Assembly: GCA_016296185.1 (NCBI GenBank)
Contig: JAEDJT010000003.1
Location: 7,125 to 71,124, forward strand
Length of the DNA stretch: 64,000 nucleotides
Direction: 5' to 3'
From: Bacilli bacterium
GTDB lineage: Bacteria; Bacillota_I; Bacilli_A; RF39; UBA660
A model generated the notes under the pieces. That model was not told where the DNA came from. It worked only from the letters and a program-made list of their open reading frames with translations, and did not search any database. How positions within the stretch are numbered: the stretch's first letter is position 1; the number at the start of each line of letters is the position of its first letter. The translations under genes and the position numbers were made by a program. This document shows positions 1-9,343 of this stretch, one piece after another.

Positions 1-612
1 ATGAACAAGAAGACAATATTTAATATCATTTTTATAATATGTATTATTGTCTTTATTACTTTATTAGTTATGTATAATATGGGGAGATTAAATTCTTTTG
101 ATACAACTATTTATAAGTATGTTACTTATTATAAAAATGATATATTAACTGATTTGGCTATGTTATTTTCATTCTTATGTAGTACATGGTTTATTGCTGT
201 AGTATGCATATTTATTATGATAGTTTTTAAGAATAAAAAGATTGGTTTTTATACTACTTTAAGTGTTATGATATGTTATGTATTAAATACTTTAATTAAA
301 AATATTGTTTTAAGACCTAGACCTACAGGTATTAATTTAATTAATGAGAATGGCTTTAGTTTTCCTTCAGGTCACTCTATGGAAGCTATATCTTTTTATG
401 GATTTATAATGTATGTAGTTTATAAAAGTAATTTGGATAATAAACTAAAATGTTTAGTATATATAATAGATTCATTAATTATATTCTTTATAGGTATTAG
501 TAGAATATATCTAGGAGTTCATTATCCTAGTGATGTAATTGCTGGTTTTTCGTTAGCGACTGCTTTAATGATCTTATATATTCATATTGTAAATATAAAA
601 GAGAGCAATTAA
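1..612 (+). CDS. PAP2-family lipid/undecaprenyl-diphosphate phosphatase, integral membrane
   Basis: Multi-TM 203-aa ORF with the three PAP2 blocks LRPRP, PSGHS and SRIYLGVHYPSD. Confidence 0.8.
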   Translation: MNKKTIFNIIFIICIIVFITLLVMYNMGRLNSFDTTIYKYVTYYKNDILTDLAMLFSFLCSTWFIAVVCIFIMIVFKNKKIGFYTTLSVMICYVLNTLIKNIVLRPRPTGINLINENGFSFPSGHSMEAISFYGFIMYVVYKSNLDNKLKCLVYIIDSLIIFFIGISRIYLGVHYPSDVIAGFSLATALMILYIHIVNIKESN

Positions 613-624
613 TGCTCTCTTTTT

Positions 625-1401
625 TTATGAACCTGTACTTAAATATTTTTTTGTTCCTTTATTAAATATTAATATACATGGAATAATATATATAAATACT
701 AATAATGGTAAGAAGATATTATATATATTATTAGTTTTATCTAATATATATAATAATGGGTAATAATTTACTAAAGAATATGGGATTATGAATGTAAAAA
801 TATTTCTAACAACTTTATTAAATACTCCCATTGGGTATTGTGCAATATTTTTACCTCCATCTGTTAATAAGTTTCTGACTTCTAATCCTTGGACTGTAAT
901 AAAGCAATATGAAGCTGCTATTAGAAATATTGAAAAGAAGATTGCAATACTACTCAATAACATAAATAGTAATGTAATAACTTTTATTATATTCCATTTA
1001 ATTCCTAAATGTGTAATAGATATAATTAATACAACTAAACTAAATAGTAATCTAACAATCTTTATATATTGTATTTTATATCCTAATACTTGTAATATTA
1101 TACTTCTTGGTCTTGTAAGTAATCTATCAAAATCGCCTGTTACTATTAATTCATCAAATTGATCTATACCTCTTGCAAATACTTCATTAACTGAATAGCC
1201 GAAAAAAACTATTGCAAAAGTTAATAATACTTCATATTTAGTATATCCCCCTATATTATTAAATTTTCTAAATAATGAATCTAATGAAAAATAGAAACTG
1301 TATATTATAAATGTTTGGGCTATTATTGATAATATAAGTGATAATTTATATTCGAATAATGTTTTTAAGTGTAATTTTAAATATGTAATATATAATTTCA
1401 T
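625..1401 (-). CDS. ABC-2 type transporter permease (second permease of an ATPase + 2 permease triad)
   Basis: Six or so hydrophobic spans. Its start overlaps the stop of the upstream permease by 1 nt, in an operon with an ABC ATPase. Confidence 0.6.
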   Translation of the reverse strand: MKLYITYLKLHLKTLFEYKLSLILSIIAQTFIIYSFYFSLDSLFRKFNNIGGYTKYEVLLTFAIVFFGYSVNEVFARGIDQFDELIVTGDFDRLLTRPRSIILQVLGYKIQYIKIVRLLFSLVVLIISITHLGIKWNIIKVITLLFMLLSSIAIFFSIFLIAASYCFITVQGLEVRNLLTDGGKNIAQYPMGVFNKVVRNIFTFIIPYSLVNYYPLLYILDKTNNIYNIFLPLLVFIYIIPCILIFNKGTKKYLSTGS

Positions 1402-2204
1402 TATCCACCTTGTACAACTACTCTTTTTAATATTCTGTTAGTTAATATATAACCAATAACAGTTAAAAATATAGTCCATAATAATTCTATTATTATTCCC
1501 TTAGTTATAGCAAATCCTACTATATTTCCAGAGAATACTCTAAATGCAAAATCACTTATATATGCAAATGGTAAGAAAGATATTATAGTAGCAAATAATG
1601 GTGGAAATAAAGCTAATGGTATAGCTTGTCCTGATAAGATATCTGATATTGTACATACTATGGCAAATATTCCTTTATCATCAACTGTATATGATGAAAT
1701 AATATATAGTAATACAATAATAGATGTTATTAGTAATGTAGATATAATCATTATAAATATAAATAAAATAAATGCATTTATACTTATTGGCAGCATCATT
1801 TTATATGGTTTAGGCAATAAATAAGCAATCATTATTATAGGTACTGATCTTAATAATACTGCTGATAATTTTGATGATAGTATTCTCATATACCACATTA
1901 CATATAGATTTTGAGGTCTACATAATTCGTATGCAATATCTCCATTACGTATCATTTTTAATATTTCATTATCTTTATGCCATATATATATCAATGCAAA
2001 GAATGCTTGATTTAACCATAAATATGTAATTATTTGTTCTAATGTTATACCTACATTTGATGTTCCACTACTATAGAATAATATATATACCATTACACTT
2101 ACTATGCCAAAAAATAATTGTGTTGATAGTCCTGCTAAAGCTGCTGCTCTATATTGTAGTCCACATATAAATTTTAATTTAAAAAATGATATGTATTGTT
2201 TCAT
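1401..2204 (-). CDS. ABC-2 type transporter permease
   Basis: Polytopic 267-aa ORF translationally coupled (1-nt overlaps) to the ATPase upstream and the permease downstream. Confidence 0.6.
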   Translation of the reverse strand: MKQYISFFKLKFICGLQYRAAALAGLSTQLFFGIVSVMVYILFYSSGTSNVGITLEQIITYLWLNQAFFALIYIWHKDNEILKMIRNGDIAYELCRPQNLYVMWYMRILSSKLSAVLLRSVPIIMIAYLLPKPYKMMLPISINAFILFIFIMIISTLLITSIIVLLYIISSYTVDDKGIFAIVCTISDILSGQAIPLALFPPLFATIISFLPFAYISDFAFRVFSGNIVGFAITKGIIIELLWTIFLTVIGYILTNRILKRVVVQGG

Positions 2205-3184
2205 TAATTATATTGTTCGTATAAATTAATTATGATATTGTCTAATGTTTCATTATCTATTTCTAAATCTTTTATATCAGCTTTAGATGATAGATAACTT
2301 AAGAAATCAGAAACGTTAATTTTTGTTGAATCAATTTTAAATCGATATCCCTCTTGGATTTTCTCTTGTGATATTAATCCTTTTTTCTTTAGTTTAGAAA
2401 GTTTAGTGTTTGTTGTAAGAGTTACATATTTGTTATGATCAAATTTACTTTTTAAATTTTTTAGTGTTCCATCATATATAACTCTTCCCTCACCGATCAT
2501 GATTATTCTCTTAGCTAATGCTTCGATGTCACTCATATCGTGAGTGGTTAGAATAACTGTCACTTTTTGTTCTTTATTAATTTTTTTAATAAAGTCTCTT
2601 ACTATTTGTTTAGATAATGCATCCAACCCTATTGTAGGTTCATCTAAAAATAGTATTTTAGGTTCATGTAAAAGTGATGCAGCTATTTCACAGCGCATTC
2701 TTTGTCCAAGACTTAATTGTCTTACTGGGACTTGAATGATATCTTCAATGTTTAATAATTGTACTAGATATTTTTTTCTTTCTTGAAATTTTTCATCATC
2801 TATGGAATAAATATCTTTTAGAAGATCGAATGTATCTTCTGCTGGAATATCCCACCATAGTTGACTTCTTGCTCCAAATACAACTCCGATTTTGGAAACG
2901 AATTCTTTTCTACTTTTCCAAGGTGTTAGGCCGTCTATTGTGACATTTCCTTTATCGGGTATTAAAATACCAGACAATATTTTGATAGTTGTTGATTTTC
3001 CCGCACCGTTTTTTCCTATGTAACCAAGAATACTACCTTCTTCAATCTCAAAAGATATATCTTTAATTGCATCTATATAAAGATATTCTCTTTTCAAGAA
3101 TGACTTTAAAGTTTCTTTTAGTCCACTTTTCTTTTTTGAAACTTTAAAGGTTTTACTTATGTGCGCAACATTGATGAAAGACAT
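2204..3184 (-). CDS. ABC transporter ATP-binding protein
   Basis: Walker A GKNGAGKST, signature LSLGQRMR, Walker B ILFLDEPT, H-loop TTHD. Start trimmed to the ATG at 3184, preceded by GGAAGGAGTG. The ORF-track start 3265 is an in-frame upstream extension. Confidence 0.85.
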   Translation of the reverse strand: MSFINVAHISKTFKVSKKKSGLKETLKSFLKREYLYIDAIKDISFEIEEGSILGYIGKNGAGKSTTIKILSGILIPDKGNVTIDGLTPWKSRKEFVSKIGVVFGARSQLWWDIPAEDTFDLLKDIYSIDDEKFQERKKYLVQLLNIEDIIQVPVRQLSLGQRMRCEIAASLLHEPKILFLDEPTIGLDALSKQIVRDFIKKINKEQKVTVILTTHDMSDIEALAKRIIMIGEGRVIYDGTLKNLKSKFDHNKYVTLTTNTKLSKLKKKGLISQEKIQEGYRFKIDSTKINVSDFLSYLSSKADIKDLEIDNETLDNIIINLYEQYN

Positions 3185-3217
3185 TTTTTCACTCCTTCCT
3201 CTAACCTTTTTAACACG

Positions 3218-3279
3218 AAAAAAACCACATATTTTTATTATGCAGACTATAACGCAAAAAACCACATATTGCTATGTAG
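3218..3279 (-). promoter_or_regulatory. Two tandem terminator-like hairpins (each + U-run) in the 5' leader of the ABC operon; possible attenuator
   Basis: 3279..3262 is a 7-bp stem with a GCAA loop, then U6. 3245..3225 is a 7-bp stem (2 G-U pairs), then U7. Both share the 3' arm UAUGUGG+U-run and lie between a TTGACT-16-TACATT promoter candidate (3327..3300) and the SD. Confidence 0.35.
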
Positions 3280-3365
3280 GTACCCTGTTGTAAAATAAAA
3301 ATGTAATTTTCTTGTAAAAAAAGTCAATTTCATTGTAAGACTAAAACAAAAAGAATGCAATAGAT

Positions 3366-3821
3366 TTATTGCATTTTTCTATATTTTGAATATCTAATTA
3401 TTGTTTCTTTTTCATATCCAGCATTTTTAGCTACCTTTTGACTTCCTATATTATCATTGCAAATAATTAATGATAACTTGTTAATGTCTTCATATGTTTT
3501 TAATACTTCATATGTAAATTCTCTTAGTAGATTTGTACATAAGTGTTTACCTCTATATTCAGGTATTAATCCATAGCTAATAGTACATTTATTATCTACT
3601 GACATTAATGATATATATCCAATAGGTTTATCTTCATAATAAACTATAAAAGCTTTATTCTTTTTATCATATATATATAATTCATTTAATAATTCAATTT
3701 CTTTTGATAAATCATATAAATATTTATGTGATAATTTATCATTCCATAATTGAATAATAATAGATCTATGTTCTTGTTTTGAATCACTATAATTTTCTAA
3801 TCTAAATGATTTTAGTTCCAT
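3366..3821 (-). CDS. GNAT-family N-acetyltransferase (RimJ/RimL-like)
   Basis: About 150 aa with a GNAT-like core (...YISLMSVD...GLIPEYRGKHL...NIGSQKVAKNAGY). Start moved to the ATG at 3821, 5 nt after GGTGA. Confidence 0.6.
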   Translation of the reverse strand: MELKSFRLENYSDSKQEHRSIIIQLWNDKLSHKYLYDLSKEIELLNELYIYDKKNKAFIVYYEDKPIGYISLMSVDNKCTISYGLIPEYRGKHLCTNLLREFTYEVLKTYEDINKLSLIICNDNIGSQKVAKNAGYEKETIIRYSKYRKMQ

Positions 3822-3897
3822 ATAAATCACCAGTGATTAATTATATTATTACTTATATAATTTAGCAAATTTTAATAAAAAAATAGGACTTATAGTC

Positions 3898-4968
3898 CTA
3901 TTTTAAATATTCGTCTAATGGTTTAATACGATATGTTGGTTCTGGTAATTGACTTGTAGGAATAAATCCAGATTCTGCATTAATTACATCAGGAATTCTG
4001 TTAACTATATCAGCACATGTTAATTCAACAGTAGCTGGTTGTTTTACTGTTATTGTTGTTTCAGGTTCACCAATTACAGTCCATTCATTTGTATCAACTT
4101 CATCTGGTGCATATACTTTTCCAATACATTCTGCTTCTAGAATAATACCTTCTTCTGTTTCTGCAGTAACTACTGCTGACATACCAGTAGCATCTCCAGC
4201 TTTAATTGTCATACCTAATGTTGAAGATTCTAAATCTTCTTCACAAGTTTGTGGTACACACACTTGAGATGTTTTAGTAATATGTAATCCTAACTTATCA
4301 GCTAACCATCCTACTGTATTCCACATATATGATGGTGCATAGTCACCTGATTCAATAATTGCTTTTCTTTCTTCTTCACTCATTCTATCAACTGCTGCTA
4401 TTTCTTTATCAAACTTTTCTAAAGAATATCCTGCACCATGAGCTTCTGCTAATGCAATACCATAATCTTCTACATTATAAGAAGATGATCCTTTAATTTT
4501 AGCAATTTTATGTGTTGTGCCTGATAATACTGAGATTAGATTACCCCAGAATATATCTTGATATCCACTACCTGTTATTGTACATTTATTTGCTTTAGCT
4601 ACTACGTCTAATTCTTTCCATAATGTTGGATTTGAATTTGATGCAAAGAATGCTTCTTCACATGTTGTAATAACATTTACACCGTTTGATAAACAAATTC
4701 TTGCTACATCTCTAATGTCTTTTAATAAACTCATTGTAGTTATAATAGCAATATCAGGTAATGATTCTTTTAAATATATATCTAGTTCTTTTAAACTTCT
4801 AATCATTACATCTTTTGGTTTTTCAATTTCCATTATTTCACTAATGTCTTTTCCTATTACATTAGGATTGATATCTACTGCTCCTACTATTTCTGCATCA
4901 TGTTCATATACATATCTCATTGTATATTTACTCATTTTACCGCAACCGATTTGAAATACTTTAATCAT
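3898..4968 (-). CDS. DapB-like NAD(P)-binding oxidoreductase (amine dehydrogenase / 2,4-diaminopentanoate dehydrogenase-like family)
   Basis: N-terminal Rossmann motif VFQIGCGKMS. Size of about 356 aa and overall pattern resemble the DapB N-domain family. SD GGAGTG. Confidence 0.45.
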   Translation of the reverse strand: MIKVFQIGCGKMSKYTMRYVYEHDAEIVGAVDINPNVIGKDISEIMEIEKPKDVMIRSLKELDIYLKESLPDIAIITTMSLLKDIRDVARICLSNGVNVITTCEEAFFASNSNPTLWKELDVVAKANKCTITGSGYQDIFWGNLISVLSGTTHKIAKIKGSSSYNVEDYGIALAEAHGAGYSLEKFDKEIAAVDRMSEEERKAIIESGDYAPSYMWNTVGWLADKLGLHITKTSQVCVPQTCEEDLESSTLGMTIKAGDATGMSAVVTAETEEGIILEAECIGKVYAPDEVDTNEWTVIGEPETTITVKQPATVELTCADIVNRIPDVINAESGFIPTSQLPEPTYRIKPLDEYLK

Positions 4969-5067
4969 GTTTTCACTCCATTCTTATAATAAAATTATAA
5001 CTCATATATTGTTAATAACTATCAAATTATCCACAATATTTTTTTCTTTACGTAAAATAAACAGATA

Positions 5068-6279
5068 TTAATCAATATCTGTTAAGTCTACTTGTTCTTC
5101 TTCAATTAAATCACTGAAGTCAATTTTAAATTTTTCAATAGCTTTCTTTTTAGCATCTTCATATATATTTCTTGCATTAGCTACTGCTTTATATATATGT
5201 TTTATTCTACATACGTTTTCATTATCAAATAATGCATATGTAAAGGCATTGGAAACTATTGTTAAGCAAATGTCAGGATATCTACTTGATATTTCGTAAA
5301 TTCTTTTGTATTCGTCTGTCATATCAACAATAAACTTCATTATTCTTTCTATAACATATTCTGTATATTCAAAATGTACACCTGTTTTTGCTTCAATTTT
5401 TGGATATGTTCCCATTAGTATTTTTACACATGTTTCTTGGTCAGCTTCTGCTACATCAATTTTTTGGAATCTTCTTAAGAATGCTCTATCTTTCAAAATA
5501 TATTGTTCATATTCTTCATCAGTAGTGGCACCAATCATTTTGATTTCTCCACGGTCTAATCCAGCTTTAAACATGTTGGCAAAGTCTATTCCACCTTCTC
5601 CACCCTCTTTGTTTACTAATACGTGAGTTTCATCTAAGAATAGAATTGTTTTTGGAGAATTAGCTAATTCTTTTACTAACAAATCTACTCTACTTTCTTG
5701 TTGTCCTTCACTTTCTGTTTTTCCTAATAATGAAGTTACATTTAATTTATATATTTTATAACCTAATAATGCATCAGGTACCATACCATTAATAATTCTA
5801 TATGCTACTCCTTCAACAATAGAAGTTTTACCTACACCTGCTTTACCAACTAATAATGCACTTTTTTCTGGAGTTAATAAAGTCATAATAACTTGTTTTA
5901 TTTCTTCATCTCTACCAATAGATGGATCAGTTATATATTCTCTGTCAGTTAAATTTTGTGCATATCTTTCTAGTATGCTTACTTTACCATTATATATTCC
6001 TACTGGTTCATTTTTTGTTTCTATTGGTTCACTAACAATTGCTGATTCTTCATTTATTGTAGATTCTTCAACAGTATCTTCAATTACAGGTTCTTCAATA
6101 GGTTCTTCAATAATTTCTTCTACTACTGGTTCTTCTGGAACATATAATTCTTCTACAGGTTCTTCAACTTTTTCAATTATTGGTCTTTCAAATTTATTAA
6201 CAACTGGAGTTGAAATATCTAATGAATCTATATCATTATTACTATTAGGTCCAATTGAGTATCTTATTGGTTCTGCCAT
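5068..6279 (-). CDS. AAA+ ATPase resembling a single ClpA/ClpB D1 module, with an acidic E/P/V/I-rich N-terminal region
   Basis: Walker [10 protein letters not shown], Walker B ILFLDETH, and IGATTDEEY...[13 protein letters not shown] typical of Clp D1. No Clp N-domain, no D2. Confidence 0.6.
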   Translation of the reverse strand: MAEPIRYSIGPNSNNDIDSLDISTPVVNKFERPIIEKVEEPVEELYVPEEPVVEEIIEEPIEEPVIEDTVEESTINEESAIVSEPIETKNEPVGIYNGKVSILERYAQNLTDREYITDPSIGRDEEIKQVIMTLLTPEKSALLVGKAGVGKTSIVEGVAYRIINGMVPDALLGYKIYKLNVTSLLGKTESEGQQESRVDLLVKELANSPKTILFLDETHVLVNKEGGEGGIDFANMFKAGLDRGEIKMIGATTDEEYEQYILKDRAFLRRFQKIDVAEADQETCVKILMGTYPKIEAKTGVHFEYTEYVIERIMKFIVDMTDEYKRIYEISSRYPDICLTIVSNAFTYALFDNENVCRIKHIYKAVANARNIYEDAKKKAIEKFKIDFSDLIEEEQVDLTDID

Positions 6280-6305
6280 AATATATCACCAATACCATTA
6301 TATCA

Positions 6306-6331
6306 AATAAAAAAAGGATTTAACATCCTTT
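6306..6331 (-). terminator. Intrinsic terminator after the bPH gene
   Basis: AAAGGAU-loop-AUCCUUU stem (6331..6313) followed by a U-run on the minus strand. Confidence 0.6.
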
Positions 6332-6735
6332 TATACTTTATCAAAATATGTAATTTTTCTTTCCATTACATCTGCTTCAATAGCATCACGTAATATCTTT
6401 CTTACTTTTTCTGCATTTCTAACATTTTTAATATATTTTTTGTAATGATTTCCTTCAGTAGTTTCACTATGTGTATCAACAGTAACTTCTATAGTTCCTA
6501 TACCTAAGATTCTTTGATATAAACTAATAGTCATATCTGGATCTTTTAATAAGTATAATTCTATTGTATTTGTTTCTTGTTTAAAAAATCCTGTTTTAAT
6601 AATTAATTCATCTTTAGTAATTTGATAATAAGTAAAATTTAAATGTATTTTACTTAAAAATCTTTGCCATAATCCTGCTGGTTGATCTTCCCATATTATT
6701 TCGAAATCTACATCTTTTAATTCTTTTTTTGCCAT
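6331..6735 (-). CDS. Bacterial PH (bPH_2/YdbS-like) domain protein, soluble
   Basis: YQITKDELIIKTGFF...IELYLLKD...RILGIGTIEV pattern of bPH domains. Start moved to the ATG 5 nt after AGGTGA. Confidence 0.5.
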   Translation of the reverse strand: MAKKELKDVDFEIIWEDQPAGLWQRFLSKIHLNFTYYQITKDELIIKTGFFKQETNTIELYLLKDPDMTISLYQRILGIGTIEVTVDTHSETTEGNHYKKYIKNVRNAEKVRKILRDAIEADVMERKITYFDKV

Positions 6736-6769
6736 TTTAATCACCTTTTTAAATTATATCATATATTTA

Positions 6770-7600
6770 TTATAAACCTAAGTATTGATCCATAAAATAT
6801 GTTTGGTCATCTATATTAGTATATATATTATTTACTAGTTTTAATGCTTTTTCTTTTTTTTCTAATTCATAGTTTTCTAATAAATATGTTATTCCATATC
6901 TTTCTATATACTTATTTAGCTCATTTAAAGAACATTTATTACTTTTTGAGTATTCTATTAGGTAATAGAATAAAGTAATGTAATTTTGCCATAAAATAGG
7001 GTTTAATGTACTATTTGGTGTTCTAAACTCTATTAAATCTTTTTGTTCTTTAAAACATATACCAGATCTTTTTTGATCTGTGTATTTTGCTATCATATAT
7101 TCTTCGTCTTTTAGAAATGTTTTCATCTCTAAAATTATAGGATATGCATAAGTAGTTAAAGAGGTTCTAAATTCTGTATCTTCTCCTTTAGAGAATCTAT
7201 AAATAATATCTTCATACATAGCAAATAATTTTAAAAATTTTACTTTATCAGCATCTGTAGGAAGTAAGCTACCATCAAAATTTATTTGAAAACTACTTCT
7301 TTCTAGTACTGGATTTAATTTTTGAAATGCTTCAGCAATATTTTTTAACATAATCCATGTATTTTTGTCATTTCTTAATACTGGAGAAACTAATTCAGCA
7401 TTATTATATTTAGCTAATGATTGGTCTTCTTTTACTTGCCATTTTTTAGAATAATTACCTAAAACTCTTTGTGCGGTTTTTAATGATACATTCTCTAATT
7501 CTATTTCTAATCCAAAGTTTATATTTGATGGAATTGTTAATTTCGATCTGTATGTTGTTGGATTATTTTTTAGACAATTTAATAAATTTTCTGAAGTCAT
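6770..7600 (-). CDS. Glutamine-synthetase-like amidoligase family (Amidoligase_2-like) protein, divergent
   Basis: N-terminal FGLEIELE, AELVSP, C-terminal IEFRTPNSTLN blocks. Paralogous pattern to 38467..39543. The central HVH block reads QINF here. Confidence 0.4.
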   Translation of the reverse strand: MTSENLLNCLKNNPTTYRSKLTIPSNINFGLEIELENVSLKTAQRVLGNYSKKWQVKEDQSLAKYNNAELVSPVLRNDKNTWIMLKNIAEAFQKLNPVLERSSFQINFDGSLLPTDADKVKFLKLFAMYEDIIYRFSKGEDTEFRTSLTTYAYPIILEMKTFLKDEEYMIAKYTDQKRSGICFKEQKDLIEFRTPNSTLNPILWQNYITLFYYLIEYSKSNKCSLNELNKYIERYGITYLLENYELEKKEKALKLVNNIYTNIDDQTYFMDQYLGL

Positions 7601-7740
7601 TTAAATCACCTGATATGGTATTTTATTACTAAGTATATTTAAAGTCAAAAAATTGTATATATTCACTTATACATCAAATAATTCACGTTTTTAATTATAC
7701 GAATAGTGTAGTTGTTTTAGTTTTATAATTTCATAGCACG

Positions 7741-7766
7741 AAAAAAGCACTTATTTCTAAGTGCTT
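7741..7766 (-). terminator. Intrinsic terminator after tRNA-Asn
   Basis: 9-bp stem AAGCACUUA/UAAGUGCUU (7766..7745) followed by a U-run on the minus strand. Confidence 0.75.
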
Positions 7767-7777
7767 ACAATTTCTAA

Positions 7778-7853
7778 TGGCGCCTGATGTAGGACTCGAA
7801 CCTACGACCTAACGGTTAACAGCCGTGCGCTCTACCGACTGAGCTAATCAGGC
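7778..7853 (-). tRNA. tRNA-Asn (anticodon GUU), CCA encoded
   Basis: Reverse complement GCCTGATTAGCTCAGTCGGTAGAGCGCACGGCTGTTAACCGTTAGGTCGTAGGTTCGAGTCCTACATCAGGCGCCA folds as a canonical cloverleaf with GG in the D loop and a GTTCGAGTC T loop. Confidence 0.95.
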
Positions 7854-7864
7854 ATTGCTCTTTA

Positions 7865-7892
7865 ATTATAGCATTCTTATAATTAAAGTCAA
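7865..7892 (-). promoter_or_regulatory. Promoter of tRNA-Asn
   Basis: TTGACT-16-TGcTATAAT on the minus strand, with the -10 ending 11 nt before the tRNA 5' end. Confidence 0.6.
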
Positions 7893-7923
7893 TAAAAATT
7901 TTAAATTTTTTTTAATTTTTTAT

Positions 7924-8481
7924 TTATTTTATTATTTCTTGAGGAATTTCTAGTGTTTTACAGTTAAATAATGATGCTTGGTTTCTTGTTAAGTTGGCAT
8001 TTAATATTATAACTGTATTACCTTCACTACTCAATTCATTATCTTTTTCTACTGGTAATTCAGGATTTGCACCAGATATTTTTAATTTAAATTGATATGT
8101 ATAATAGTTATCTGTTACTTCTTTAACATATTTAACATCATATACTTGATATGTTTCCCAAGTTTTTATTTGTTTCCAACTTACTAATTGATCTTTAGTA
8201 TAGTTATCTAATACTTCATCAATATGTTTTTTTATTATATCTTCTTTATCTTCTTTTACTAAAAAATATGGTTCTTCTGTTTCATTATTTTCATTATTAT
8301 TTGTTTGTTGTGGTGGTTCTGGATTTTTTATTTCTTGAATTGCTTCTTTTACATCAGACTTTATTGTTTGATCTGCAGACATAGAATGAACATAATCTAT
8401 AGCACTAATTCCTACACATATAATTGCAGCAAATAATGATAAATATATAATATAATCTAATCTCTTCTTTTTACTTTTCAT
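7924..8481 (-). CDS. Hypothetical N-terminally membrane-anchored protein
   Basis: One TM (YIIYLSLFAAIICVGISAI), then an N/E-rich linker and a globular domain. Start moved to the ATG after AGGTGA. Confidence 0.5.
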   Translation of the reverse strand: MKSKKKRLDYIIYLSLFAAIICVGISAIDYVHSMSADQTIKSDVKEAIQEIKNPEPPQQTNNNENNETEEPYFLVKEDKEDIIKKHIDEVLDNYTKDQLVSWKQIKTWETYQVYDVKYVKEVTDNYYTYQFKLKISGANPELPVEKDNELSSEGNTVIILNANLTRNQASLFNCKTLEIPQEIIK

Positions 8482-8539
8482 ATCCTTCACCTATATTGAT
8501 TATATAATAAAAGCTAAGATTTCACAATAAAAGGACAGT

Positions 8540-9304
8540 TTATTTACTGTCCTTATTTAAATCATCTAAATTTATACTTGGTTTTATAGTAGAATCACTA
8601 TGTTCTATTACTATTTCTGCATCTTCTTTTTTCTTAGGAAGATCTTCCAATAAAACATTTTCTCTTCTCATTAATTGTTTATTTAAATTTGCTAATGAAT
8701 CAATTTCAGGTTCTTCTTCTTCAAACGCTTCAAAATCATTACTATATGTATCTTTTTTTGGTGTATCAAATAATATATATTGTGATGGTAATTGTAATAT
8801 ACTAACTAAATATTGCATTGGAAATTCTAATGCTTTTTCGTTATATCTAAATGCTAAAGTATTATACTCTTTTCTAGCAAATTCTAATCCATTATCAATT
8901 GATTCTATTTCTTCTGTTGTAAATGTTTGAAATGAATTAATTTGATCTAATTTTGGGAATCTGTTTAAATCTAATTTTGAATTTAATTTTAGTTTATTTA
9001 TTTTATTACTTACATCTACATAGTTATTTAATGTACCACCTATTCCAGGTTCTATTATTTTATCTATTCTTTTTAATTCTATTTGAATTTCTTCTATTAA
9101 ATATTCATCTAATAAATCCATTACTATATTCTTATATTTTTTAAATCTTTCATCTAAGTAAGGATATAATCTTTCCTTGAATTTTTCTTGGACTGTATGA
9201 CTTTCTTCTTTTAAAGCTTTATATTTTATATAAATATAAAACATAGAACCTATGAATAAAAATATATACCATCTATCAAATACAAAATTAAATAAATCGC
9301 GCAT
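8540..9304 (-). CDS. lemA: LemA-family membrane-anchored protein (extended)
   Basis: N-terminal TM plus a C-terminal block ARKEYNTLAFRYNEKALEFPMQYLV...ILFD resembling the LemA Y-N-x-A-x-x-x-Y-N-x-x-x-x-x-F-P signature. Confidence 0.5.
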   Translation of the reverse strand: MRDLFNFVFDRWYIFLFIGSMFYIYIKYKALKEESHTVQEKFKERLYPYLDERFKKYKNIVMDLLDEYLIEEIQIELKRIDKIIEPGIGGTLNNYVDVSNKINKLKLNSKLDLNRFPKLDQINSFQTFTTEEIESIDNGLEFARKEYNTLAFRYNEKALEFPMQYLVSILQLPSQYILFDTPKKDTYSNDFEAFEEEEPEIDSLANLNKQLMRRENVLLEDLPKKKEDAEIVIEHSDSTIKPSINLDDLNKDSK

Positions 9305-9343
9305 TTATAATCACCTATTCTTTAGTAATTATAACATATTTTT

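Noticed and set aside
3185-3265. ORF-track N-terminal extensions. Examples are 3185..3265, 19943..20128, 23110..23223, 28729..28869, 47094..47138, 15587..15613, 11641..11709, 24923..24988 and 19998..20033. There are also many three-codon extensions starting at a GTG inside GGTGA.
   Set aside because: In each case a strong SD sits 5-8 nt before an internal ATG/GTG that begins the conserved part of the protein. The extensions cover promoters or neighbouring genes.
5027-5035. Perfect DnaA box TTATCCACA in the spacer upstream of the DapB-like gene
   Set aside because: It is a single isolated box, with no cluster, no AT-rich unwinding element context and no dnaA/dnaN nearby. It is compatible with chance in 128 kb of two-strand sequence.
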